Positions 53,880-64,000 of a stretch of 64,000 nucleotides of DNA are shown here, piece after piece (positions within the stretch are counted from its first letter, which is position 1; each line of letters starts with the position of its first letter). The notes under the pieces are model-generated. The model made no database searches and was not told the origin of the DNA. It worked only from the letters and a program-made list of their open reading frames with translations. The position numbers and the translations under genes are program-made. Location of the stretch: the NCBI GenBank assembly GCA_976551045.1, contig CDPCPM010000196.1, positions 4,650,001 to 4,714,000 on the forward strand, written 5' to 3'. The DNA is from Glaucostegus cemiculus. Lineage: Eukaryota.

Positions 53880-54295
53880 CAGAAAGAACAAGATGCTGGA
53901 AGCACTCAGTGGACCATGCATCATATCATTCTCCGCCCTCCTGCATGCTATAAGTTCAAACGAAAACTCGAAGAACATCACCTCCTTTTTGCCTTGGGAC
54001 CTTATAACCTAATGACATGAACATCGAATTCCCCCACTTTAAGAAACCGAAAACAACCCCTGCACAATCCACCTTTTATTTCCTTTTCCATCCTGTCACT
54101 CTTTTTTCACCTCACCGATCTTTTATCTCCAGTCTCTCCAAGAGTCACCTCCCTCTCCATCTATCACCCATCTCCTGAGATATATGTTCTCCCTTCTCCC
54201 TTTCATCTGCCTTTCACTCTATTTCTCACTTGCAACTGCCTATTACGACATTGTGCCCACCCCTCATCCGCTCTTCTGTTCATCTGTCACTGCTC
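53880..54295 (+). mobile_element. Penelope-like 3' fragment, plus strand (unit B)
   Basis: KRKLEEHHLLFCLGTL*PNDMNIEFP at about 53958-54035. Confidence 0.75.
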
Positions 54296-55121
54296 TGCGG
54301 GTTTGTGTCGAGCGACTCCATCGGCATCTCAAATCGGCCTTGATGGTGCAGCTCAAGGGCCCAAACTGAGCATCCACAAAGGCCCGAAGGAAGATTTGTA
54401 GACCTCCTAGGAGCAGTTAGTCCACAGCGCTGCCCTTACGTTCCCAAGCAATTTCGTACTGTGGTCCCGCGTTCCCGAAGAAACACTGGCAGAGGTGCTG
54501 ATAACGCTGCGGGACAAGTGAGGGACCCTGTCACCGACCCGACCTCCAGGCATGGTACCACGCCACCCATCGCCCCTAAAGACCTCCGGGACTGTAAGTA
54601 TGCTGTTATTTTCTGGAGACTGAACAAATAGTCACCTCTACAGCCACCGTACGAAGGACCCTTCAAAGTGACCGGGCACAATGGATCTACGTGTGTCGTG
54701 GAAGTGGGTGGCTGGGAAGAGCATTTTACAGTAGACCGGGTCAGACCGGTACACCTGGACATTGAGCAGCCAGTGAGGCTACCCATACGCCGCCGGCGCG
54801 GACGGCCACCTCAGTCAGCCACACGTATTCGGGGCTTCTCTTGACTTTTCTGGGGGTCGTGTGTGTGGTGTGGCGGGCCGCACATGCGGAACTCGAACCG
54901 CTATCGGGCGCCCCGGGCGCATACATGGAAGTTCATCTTGAACTATCTCGCGGGGGCGAACATTCCGGGGACATTCAGACGTGGTCAGCGTCCGAGCGGA
55001 GTCGGGGGCTTGTGGGTAGAGCTCTTAGGCGCAATTTTGTGTGGTTGAAGTCAAGTTTATGGAGCTCTTGCTCTCTCGATCTCTGCATCGTTTCTCCCGG
55101 AGCGCGCTGATATCGGCTACA
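54296..55121 (+). mobile_element. Gypsy integrase C-terminus plus 3' LTR (unit B paralog)
   Basis: VERLHRHLKSALMVQLKGPN and LQPPYEGPFKV. The LTR spans about 54869-55121 and ends GGCTACA, with the same 3' junction (agag(g/a)atggattcga) as at 41912. Confidence 0.88.
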
Positions 55122-56230
55122 AGAGAATGGATTCGAAGTTTAAAGAGATAAGTCCCGTGGGGCGGGGACAGGCGAGTATTCTGAGTCTGACACGATAATT
55201 CTGCATGACGTTTTTGGGCAAAAGACAGAAGCGGGCTGTGCGGGATTGTGTCGCTATCATCTTGGAAGCTGTCGGGAGGAGATCGCCTGATGTGAGGAGA
55301 TCTGTAACGGTTGCGTACATTGCCTTGCTGTTTAATAGTGAGCATATTGTCCATGGGTGTAGGAGGAAGCTGTCAAGAGCTGCCTGCCCTCTTCCTCTGC
55401 AAGTTGGAGATGGTTTGCAAGAGCACAACCGCTTCATATTTGTCTGTCGCATTGATAATGAGGTCAGAATTGATTTTGTAATGACTGGAGTGATGCACGT
55501 TGAGAGCGGGTGATATTAGAGTGGGTGAGGTGAGTGGAGATATCAGGAAGGATGCTGGGTCTTTGGAAACTGGAAATGGTAAGGTCTGCAGAGTATCAAC
55601 GGCCACAAGGGAGTTTTCAAGAGGAAAGGACGAGTTGGAATCGCAAGGCCGTGTTGTCACGGGAGATGCAGGTGCTGGGTGGACTCCTTGCCAAAAATAA
55701 AAGGCACAGAGCCGAAAGGGATATCATATCGAACAGGACTCAATGAGTTGCGTGAGTATCAGTGAGAAAGTGAGATCTCTGCTGAGAAAACAGAAACGCT
55801 CAGCGTCATAGATGTGCAGGTCGGGGAAATATTGAGATCTGCCATAAATTGGCAATGAGAAAGAGGGATCCGTGGATAATTGGTCAGAAGCGAGGTGCAA
55901 GACTCTAAGGGGTCGACAGTGATCTTGGTACAGATCTTGGCTCTGGAACTTGAGGATGATGTGGCTGCGTTAGATTGCTGGTATCTGCAGCATGGTGGCA
56001 GTCTGGTGTTGTGTCGAGTATCGGGGTCTGGGCCTGCGCAAGTGTGCCCCTTCAGAAATCCAACGTTTTGAACCGCTGAATCCATGATCATAAGCCCAAG
56101 AACTCCTTTCTTGAGTAATTTGCTTCAGGTATAACCTTCTGTAATCGTCTTTGGGAATCCCATAATCATTATGCCTTTTGATTAGACACCACTTATTCTC
56201 ATCAATATAACACGAGAAATTAAAAAAAAA
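55122..56230 (-). mobile_element. Penelope-like element 5' region (unit B/C boundary)
   Basis: Paralog of 41913-43030. Confidence 0.72.
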
Positions 56231-56959
56231 GATAGTTTGTGGCATCAATTCACTTTGTAGATGACCAGCTTTGTTTTAGTATTTGCCTCTTTGTTTACGT
56301 TTTGCTTTGAATATATACTCTGGTCTTCTGGGTATTTCTGATACCACACTAACCAAATTTCAGCCACTATTTTTTTTTTTGTTTTTCATGTTGTCTGGGT
56401 AAAGTTCCCAAATTGCAGAACAGATTAATGTGTACTGCAAACGAAGATTACTTACATCGAAGTCATCCAAAGCAATAACGAGATAATTTTCTTTTCCCAG
56501 AAGGGCAATTCTGAACACCAAACGAATATCGAAGTTTATCGACAATTCTTTTCGCATCATATTAGTCAGACAATGTTTAAACTAATATTTAGGAACGGCA
56601 TTAAATGTTTTACAGGCTGTGTGATTCAAGGTTCCATTAAAACAATTAGAATATAGCCTTTTCAGAATCTTAGTACACTGTTGAACATAAAGCAAAGATA
56701 GAAGCTATGATTTTAATACAAGGCCAAAGCGGCAAAAGAAAGTATTCGCGTCATTCAACAGCTTTGCAAGCTCTCTTACGTTTCGTGGTTTCCGATTGGA
56801 ATACAGGCTGAGAATCAACATATTAAGAAGGATTGAATTCTGAAAACTTGCTTGGCTCACCTCGTCCATTGTTCGAAATATGTCTGTGACCCTGGTTCAG
56901 TCAGAAGCCTTTATTTTAGCCTTTGACAATCTCTATGCTGCACTCTAGATTTTAGTGAT

Positions 56960-58335
56960 TGATTAATGTTCTGTCATAATTTAAGAAAGGATACAAATAA
57001 AAGCCGTGGAACGACATAGCAGTGAGTCCAACGTCAGAGTTCAGTAATCCGTTTGGAGAGATTCCGGAAGGCCACATTTACATGGATCTCTAATGGCAAG
57101 AACTGATTAGGGAGAGACAGCACGCCTTTGGGAAACACTGTCTGAGGAATTATTGACCAAAGTTATAGACGAGGGACGTGAGGTCGACGCTATCTACATT
57201 ATGTTAGCAAGATCTCTGTCAGTGTATCGCGTGTTAGGCCAGTCCAAAAAGTTAAATCGCATGATGTCCAGTGTGTAGAAGTCTAATGGATACATGATTG
57301 GTTTGACGACAGAAGACGAAATGTTGTGGAGAGTAGTTATTTACAGACTGGAGGACTGACCAGCGGTGTGCCGCAGGAATCGGCGCTGGTTTTATGTTGT
57401 TTTATCATTTATATGAACGATTTGTATGAGAATGCAGGTGCCATGACTTGAAGGTCCGCGGGTGACACTGACGTTGGTGGTACAGCGAAGAGTGAAAAAC
57501 ATTATCTGAAACTACAACGCGATTTTCATACCGTTGTCCGTGTGCTGAGGAATGGCAGATGGAGTTTAGTTCAATGAATAGAAGTTGTTTCTTTTTGGTA
57601 ATACAAACTAAGGTAAGTCTTACAGTCTAAATAGGGGTTCCTTGTGGAGTATTGCAGAATACGTTGCAACAGAGGTGGAGAAGTTACTGAAGAAGATGCT
57701 TGTAACGCTGGATTTTGTTGATCAAATTACAGAATACAAGAGTTGGAACCTAAGGTTGTAGCTACAGAAGACCTTCGTAAGGCTGCATTTGTAGTGGTCT
57801 GCACAGTTCAGTTTGCCCAAATTTTTCAAGGGTGTCATAGATCAGGGAATAGTGCAAAAGAAGATCTGCAATAAATGTTATTGGTAATTTTGGGCTTGAG
57901 TTCTGAGAAGAGGCAGGATAAGTTATGTTTTTTTTTCCCACTCTAGCCGAGAATGCTGCCGGATGATTCAATAGATATCGATTCAATTATGAGGGATACA
58001 GAGAAGGTAACCAGCCAAAAGCATTCTGCCCGGTGTAGGGAAGTCCAAAACAAGAGGGCATTAGTTTAAATCAAGGGGAAGAAATGCTCTAAAAGGGTCA
58101 AAATCTGAAAACATTATTTTTCACAAATGTGATGAGCAGGTGGATCGAGCCACCAGAATAAGTGATAGAGGCGGGTACCATGGCAGTCAGACAATTGCCT
58201 AGATCGGAAAGGTTCATACGGATACAGTCTAAACGCGATCAATTGGCACGAGCTCAGTTAGGGACTTGGAACTGCACGGCAGACTGGGTCGAAAGACCAA
58301 TTTTCTGTCCTGTGTAGCCCAATGACACTGTGGCT
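56960..58335 (+). mobile_element. Degenerate CR1 LINE (unit C)
   Basis: Paralog of 43760-45060 (GVPQES, MNDLYENAG, WQMEF). Confidence 0.8.
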
Positions 58336-59533
58336 TGCTTTCACAGAAGGTGAAGTAAACCCTGGGAACGAATTGCATGGAGATCTGACAGAAAAGCTGA
58401 AACTATGCGAGGACTTTGATAACGAAATGAAGAAAATGATTTCTAGTCATTGGCCTGTGGGTGGAGGAGGTGCAGAGAGTTTAAATTCATCATAAATGAA
58501 GTAAATGTTCAGAGATATTCGGGCAAATAATCTCAAATTTCTTTAGATATTCACACATTCATGTGTGGCCCGCACATAGAAAAGGTGAAAATATTTTTGT
58601 CTGATATATTTTTGAACGAACAGTTCTCCCAGCCGGATTCTTTTCTTTTTATTTTTAGCCTGGAAAGAACAGGTGATTCCACCACCAAACAGCGTAAGAT
58701 AGTCCAAGGTTTCAGCATCCAGCTTGAAACATGAATCTTTGCTGATTCATAAAGATGTAGGTTGCTGCAATGCCAGAAGGTCAGGCGCTCGAAGAAGGTT
58801 CATGAACTTGAAGTTAAAATACGCTCTCTGTGAATTTTCATTTAACATGGCGGCAGTACTATTGATTCCACCGCAGAACTCTGAGCACCAGTAAGGTCCG
58901 ATGTTGAATGTCATTGCCTACCTCAGAATATATCAGAAAAATACGCGGCACTTGAATTCCACTCACAATGGACTGTTTTCAGATTGGTGATGTGTGCACA
59001 GAATGATATTGATCTCATTCAGTGGTACAGATTGTTAACTTAACCCATATATCTCAGTTCGCTTCTTTTCCTCTTCCGTTCCCCACAAAGGAAAGCCCGT
59101 CAGAGTGGTTGAACAGTGAGTTGTGCGCTTGCTTCGAGGCTGTATGTTGCAGCTGATGGCTGAACATTTTAGAACTTGCAAGCTTGACAACTGTTTTTAT
59201 TGGACTTGGCAAGTGGACAGAATTGATCAGGATCAATCCAGATCTACAACTAATTAACTCAACCAACTGGATGCAGTGCCCTGCAGATGCAGTGCACTAG
59301 CACTGGACGGGAACAGCGCTGTCGTGTGGCGAATTGGGCAGAGCCCTGATGGCCATCATCAGTGCCTCCATTCGAAACGCAGAAAAAATGATGATAACAT
59401 GCGACACCAACATCACTGATCAATCGAAATATTCACTGTAAGTAACTTCTTTATTGGAATGCCAATTATTGAAGGAAAGGACTGTGATTTTTTTTTTAAT
59501 CTGCCGGATTAAACGCTGTTTCAAACTTTTGGG

Positions 59534-59575
59534 TTGAGCGGGAGAGTGGCAGAGTGAGAGAGTGAATGAGAGAGT

Positions 59576-59612
<37 letters not shown>
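59534..59612. repeat. (GA)n/(GAGT)n microsatellite
   Basis: gagagtgagtgagagagagagagagagagagagagagagg. Only a short gagaga is present at the homologous sites in units A and B. Confidence 0.9.
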
Positions 59613-59613
<1 letters not shown>

Positions 59614-60332
59614 ATTCATTTTGTGGGATATATGGTTGTTTGACATTTATATCAGTGGGAGAAGCTCATGCGAGATACCAATTATAAATAAACATAATAA
59701 GTGAAATAAACATATTAAGTCGCAATGAAAAACGACAGACTTCCAGGAATCTTCCCTGTGTCAGGTGACACAAGTGCAGAACGAAGCGCAGTCAACATTC
59801 CAGTTCGCTGGCCTTCATTAAAATGAAATTCTGTTATGTCGATGCACGAGGAGATTTTGAAATGATCGGAACGCAAATTACATCATAAATCCCATTCAGA
59901 TGAATCTCAGATTCTGAAATGTGACAAATTTAATTCGAAAGTCATGAAACCATTTGAAGAATAGAAAATATGCATGTATAATGGACTGATTTTCTCCAGC
60001 TCTCAGTAGACTGACATACGCTGTGCTTCTTCTTTGTTGTAAATAAATGCAATTAATGCAGTAAGTATTCAGATATATACACAATATTGAATAGATAAGT
60101 TAAATGTAATGGTGCGGCAAGTAACTGGAAATGGTTAGAACATAAAGTGTACGGTCAGTTTAGTGAACTCAACTGGAGTTACAAGAGCCGCCCTCACTGA
60201 AAGCTGCAAACACCACAAGGCGACACGGCAAGAAAGACATCACCTGGTATGAGCTGCGGATTTACTGTCATTTTTCACAAGCCCCATGGAAAAAGTCAGA
60301 ATGTACTCAAAAACTAAAATCCACTGTGATCC

Positions 60333-60449
60333 AAGATAAGATAAGATCCTTATTAGTCACATGTACATCGAAACACACAGTGACATATATCTTTTGCGTA
60401 GAGTGTTCTGGAGGGCAGCCGCAAGTGTCGCCACACTTCCGGCGCCAAC
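60333..60449 (-). mobile_element. 5'-truncated SINE (specific to unit C)
   Basis: A tail of about 115 nt inserted between actgtga and ctgagga, which are near-contiguous at about 31670 and 46966. Confidence 0.82.
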
Positions 60450-62509
60450 TGAGGATGTCCACAACTTTCAATGTTGCTGTACTAAATCAGTTTCTCGCTC
60501 TTGAGATAGCGACTGAATGGTGAATTAATCAGACCATTCTACACGTTTAATTGAAGTGGATGGTAAAAAATTATGTGCTGAAAAATACGTAAAAAATTGT
60601 GAATATATCTGGTGCTTCCACCGGTGAAGGAAAATGAATGTTGAGCTGGTGTATATAGTTCCAATAACGTCCTGGATGGATTCGGCCTTATGTTTTATTG
60701 TAAATGCACTTATCTAGGCAAGTGGAGTGTGTCTATCATACTCGTCCCTTATGCCTTGTCGAAGGTAGAAAGAGTTTGGATTGTCAGCAGTGCGTGAATG
60801 CCTGCAGGATTCCAGGCATCTGGTATCCATGTGAAAGCACAATATTTATATGGCTAATCATCATGTACCTGGTCAAATTTGAGTGTCAGGATGCTCACAG
60901 TTGCATTCTTTGTGATAACAACGGCAATGAATTTCAAAGGTAGGATTTCCAATTCTTCTCATTTTCAGATCGTCACTTGCAGGCAATAATGTGGCTCCAA
61001 CATTACTTCTTAGATACGAGTCTATGACTGAATGTTGTACAGGTTTATAGACTGCTTCCTTTGTTGAAAAGTTTCAGAGGAATTGACTTCGCTGGATCTT
61101 CATCTATCTTCATGATACTTGAAGCAGATGATCAGGAGTTCGGCTAAATTAACTCTTGAGATAAGCTGTTGTTGGGGTCTTTGATATCCGACGCAACTAT
61201 GGTGCACCGTAGGTCAGAGGCCTTCGTTTATAAACAACATTAAATTATCACTGATTGTCATGAGATCACCATGCCAGTTTTGGATCAATTTTAGCAAGTT
61301 GCTGTCAATCCCACCGGGTTCTACCATTTTAAGATTCATCCATCTGCATATTTGCCAAAGGCCTTATGGAAGACAACGTATATTACATCATCTGCACCGC
61401 CTCATCAACGTATTTCATTGTCACTTCATAACAAATCCTGTCCCTCCGTAATTTTTGAGAAAAAAACACTTGATTTTCCGTCAAACTGTACCACATTTGC
61501 TATCCTCCAATCATCTGGCATGTCACTTCGTGACTAGAACAAATCTGTTGGCCTCTGTGAGTACTTCATGGTTCTCCACCGTTACTCTCACTCGTTACCA
61601 GCAGCCCTGTAGATGCTCTGGATACCTCTCAGGCCTCAGTGTTCCAATGAGAATAAAACATCCTATCCAATGTTTCCTAATATCTAAACCCATCCATTCC
61701 AGGCAACATCGTGTTGCATCTTTTCTACCCTACCCTTGTTACCACTTCCGCCCTGTGGCATTGCGACCAGAATTTCAGGAGATACCCCAAGTGAGACCAG
61801 AAAAAAGTCTTCTACAGCTGAAACTTTACATCCTAACTCATGTGCTCAGTGCCTCGGATGAAGAAAGCAAGCATGCACAGTGCTTCTTCACCACCACAAC
61901 AGTCTGCATCGCCATTCCTAATGAATTATGAACTTCCATCCAAGTTTTCGTTATACATTAACACTTCTGAATCTCTTACCATGTACTCCATGGGTTATGT
62001 TTATACTCGATGCCCCGAAGTGCATTACTTCATAATGATCTGCATTACCTCTATCACCTCCCACCGCCTTCACCGACTTTCGAAATGGTCCATGCTTGTC
62101 TGTACCATTTCAATGGCTTCTTTGCTACATAGGTTCCACTAATTGCAATTACTATTTCCTTTGATTCCCCTTCTACTTTGAAAATCCTCTAGAATAATCG
62201 AAAATAGGAAAAAAGATAAAGGTGCACCAGAACAGTACTGTTAAAAGTAGGATTTTGTACCGCCAATGTTTCTATTTGCTTCATTGCAAACTGTAAATAT
62301 ATAATATATCTTCTCTATGTAACCGAAGTTTTTTTGCCTTTGCGAAAATTTAAAAAAAACGTGTTTATGTGAATGCGTGATGACAGTGATATTTGATGTA
62401 ATTTACTCTTCACTGATAAATAAATCCAAAAATGTCAATAATTGGGAACAATAAGGTTGTCGCTTCCTGTTCTGTTCCTACTAAATATAGTTGATAAAAG
62501 TTTCGCAAT

Positions 62510-62617
62510 GTCCATGTGCCACTTGGGTTTTCAATCCAATATAAATAAGATCTTACTGTCAGAAGAAGAGAACATCGTTTCTATTATCCTCGAAGTTAGC
62601 GGCGCTTCTCTTAGAAC
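62510..62617 (+). promoter_or_regulatory. Putative proximal promoter of GPCR copy 7
   Basis: catgtgccacttggg followed by TATAAATA at 62540-62547, 78 nt before the ATG. Confidence 0.55.
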
Positions 62618-62687
62618 ATGGAACAGCCGGTAATCATACAAGTGAAGACCATTTATTACCCTGTTCTTGCAATCGTTGGCGTTCCTG
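62618..62687 (+). CDS. GPR139-like GPCR copy 7, coding exon 1 (exon 2 lies beyond the window)
   Basis: MEQPVIIQVKTIYYPVLAIVGVP-G|gtaag, intact. Downstream intron sequence is colinear with copies 5 and 6 up to the window end. Confidence 0.85.
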
Positions 62688-63280
62688 GTAAGTTGATTAT
62701 TATAAGATGTTAACATTGTTGCACCTCCACCGTGTCATTGTCCATTCCGTGCAGTGCGACCACCGCTTCAATTATTTTGCACAGTCGCTGTCGAGACAAA
62801 GGCAGTTCCTGTTGACCAGTCAGATGCATTTTTAATAACTGAACGTCAGACATAACTCCAACAAGTTGATATTTATGTCTTATTGCTGATATCGCTATTT
62901 AGCAAATTTAAGCTGTGCATTCCTTTTCGGCAAAAATGGATGTCTCTTATCTTTAGTGGATAATGTTTCAGCTTTCGTTATGGGTATATATCGTCTTCTT
63001 ATCAAGAAGCCGAGTCGCCAATCGAGGAAGAAGTTTTATGAAGCTCCGAACTTAAATGCACAGAAAACTATTTTGGAAATTCTGTTCTTTATTGTTTGTC
63101 CATTTTAAGTCCTCTAATTGTGGCAGAAAGGAACCGGGCGGAACTCAGTGGTAAAAAAAAATGCTATCCATACAATCAGCGATCAAATAAACTTGCAATA
63201 TGCGATGCACACAGAAAAGTAAATTGTGTGCTCCTGCACCAACGATAGTTTTTCCCTCCGTGGGAAATCCTGAACCATTC

Positions 63281-63580
63281 AGATAGGATAAAGATATTTA
63301 TTTATTAGTTACATCGAAACACACAGTGAAATGCATCTTCTTTTATGTTGATTGTTCTGCGAACAGCCCGCAAGTGCCACCATGCTCCCAGCGCCAACAT
63401 AGTATGCCCAGGATCACGAAACTGCACGAGTTCTTAATGTTAGGAAAAACTGGTGCACCCGGAGTAAACCTGCGCTGACACAAGGAGAGGACGAACTAAC
63501 TCCTTACATACTGTGGCCTGAATTCAACCCGGGGCGCTGGCGTTGTAAGAGTGCTATGTCAGCCGCTATTCCACCGTACC
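63281..63580 (-). mobile_element. V-type tRNA SINE in the intron of copy 7
   Basis: Positional paralog of the SINEs at 34546 and 49368. Confidence 0.8.
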
Positions 63581-64000
63581 ATACATCCCAAATACGTTGA
63601 AGCTATGCCTCCAAGTGTACCTTCAAGCGGTGTCATTTCTTTTGAAAGTAGAGACTAAGTGTCCTGATATAGGTCCCGCTGTGGAGAAACAGTCAGGACT
63701 TCTGAGGTCACTCAGAGGATCAGATTAATACGTTCCTTGTAGCAGCAACCATACAGCTAACAATTTAATTTTAATTCTCAGCATACAATAACAATAAGCT
63801 TAGTTAATTTCATGTAGTTGTTTTTATAAACCTGGTGTTCTCAATATGGTATAATTACGTCTCTATGTTCCATATCAATTCTACGGAACGGATATTGCAA
63901 GTTGTTAAGGCAGTTAAATCCAGTTATGATCGTGTCAATGAGATAACGATTTTCTCACGAAGATTAGTGTCAAATGCATTAAGGGTAAAAGTGGTAATTG

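Larger units (their letters stand above)
26916..64000 (+). repeat. Tandem segmental triplication; units start at about 26916, 43234 and 56436 (third unit incomplete)
   Basis: Colinear landmarks in the three units: caattctgaa at about 26988/43301/56505, CR1(+) at 27440/43760/56960, exon 1 at 33879/48698/62618, intronic SINE at 34546/49368/63281. Confidence 0.93.

Noticed and set aside
60835-60945. Immunoglobulin/TCR V-segment-like reading on the minus strand (SILTLK...D..YCA)
   Set aside because: It needs two compensating indels to read DSAIYYCA. Upstream stops are present, and there is no proper RSS heptamer/nonamer or leader.
1-64000. Prokaryotic features (CRISPR arrays, operons) and genuine tRNA/rRNA genes
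   Set aside because: This is intron-containing, retroelement-rich vertebrate DNA. The tRNA-like sequences are SINE heads, and no regularly spaced repeat-spacer array was seen.

Overview
Eukaryotic vertebrate DNA. The repeat inventory (CR1 LINEs, Penelope elements, V-type tRNA SINEs, Rex1/Babar tails) points to a cartilaginous fish, probably a batoid (inference). The window is a head-to-tail, all plus-strand tandem array of seven two-exon class-A GPCR genes of the GPR139/GPR142-like family. Each has a 70-nt coding exon 1 (consensus MEQPxIIQVxxIYYPxLAIVGVP) and a phase-1 intron, followed by exon 2 (ANxMxIxxLCxGNCGLSKC...FTFDRF...NTFIY). All six copies whose exon 2 lies in the window are disabled. 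The seventh has an intact exon 1 and runs off the window end. The right 37 kb is a triplicated 13-16 kb unit. The most unusual single object is a 2.5-kb Gypsy-derived insertion (23561-26089). It consists of a full 5' LTR, a tRNA-Pro primer-binding site and an open truncated gag, and it ends in an inverted, apparently identical 544-bp copy of its own LTR start, with a 4-bp target-site duplication. Boundaries of degenerate repeats are approximate, and identity figures are hand counts.
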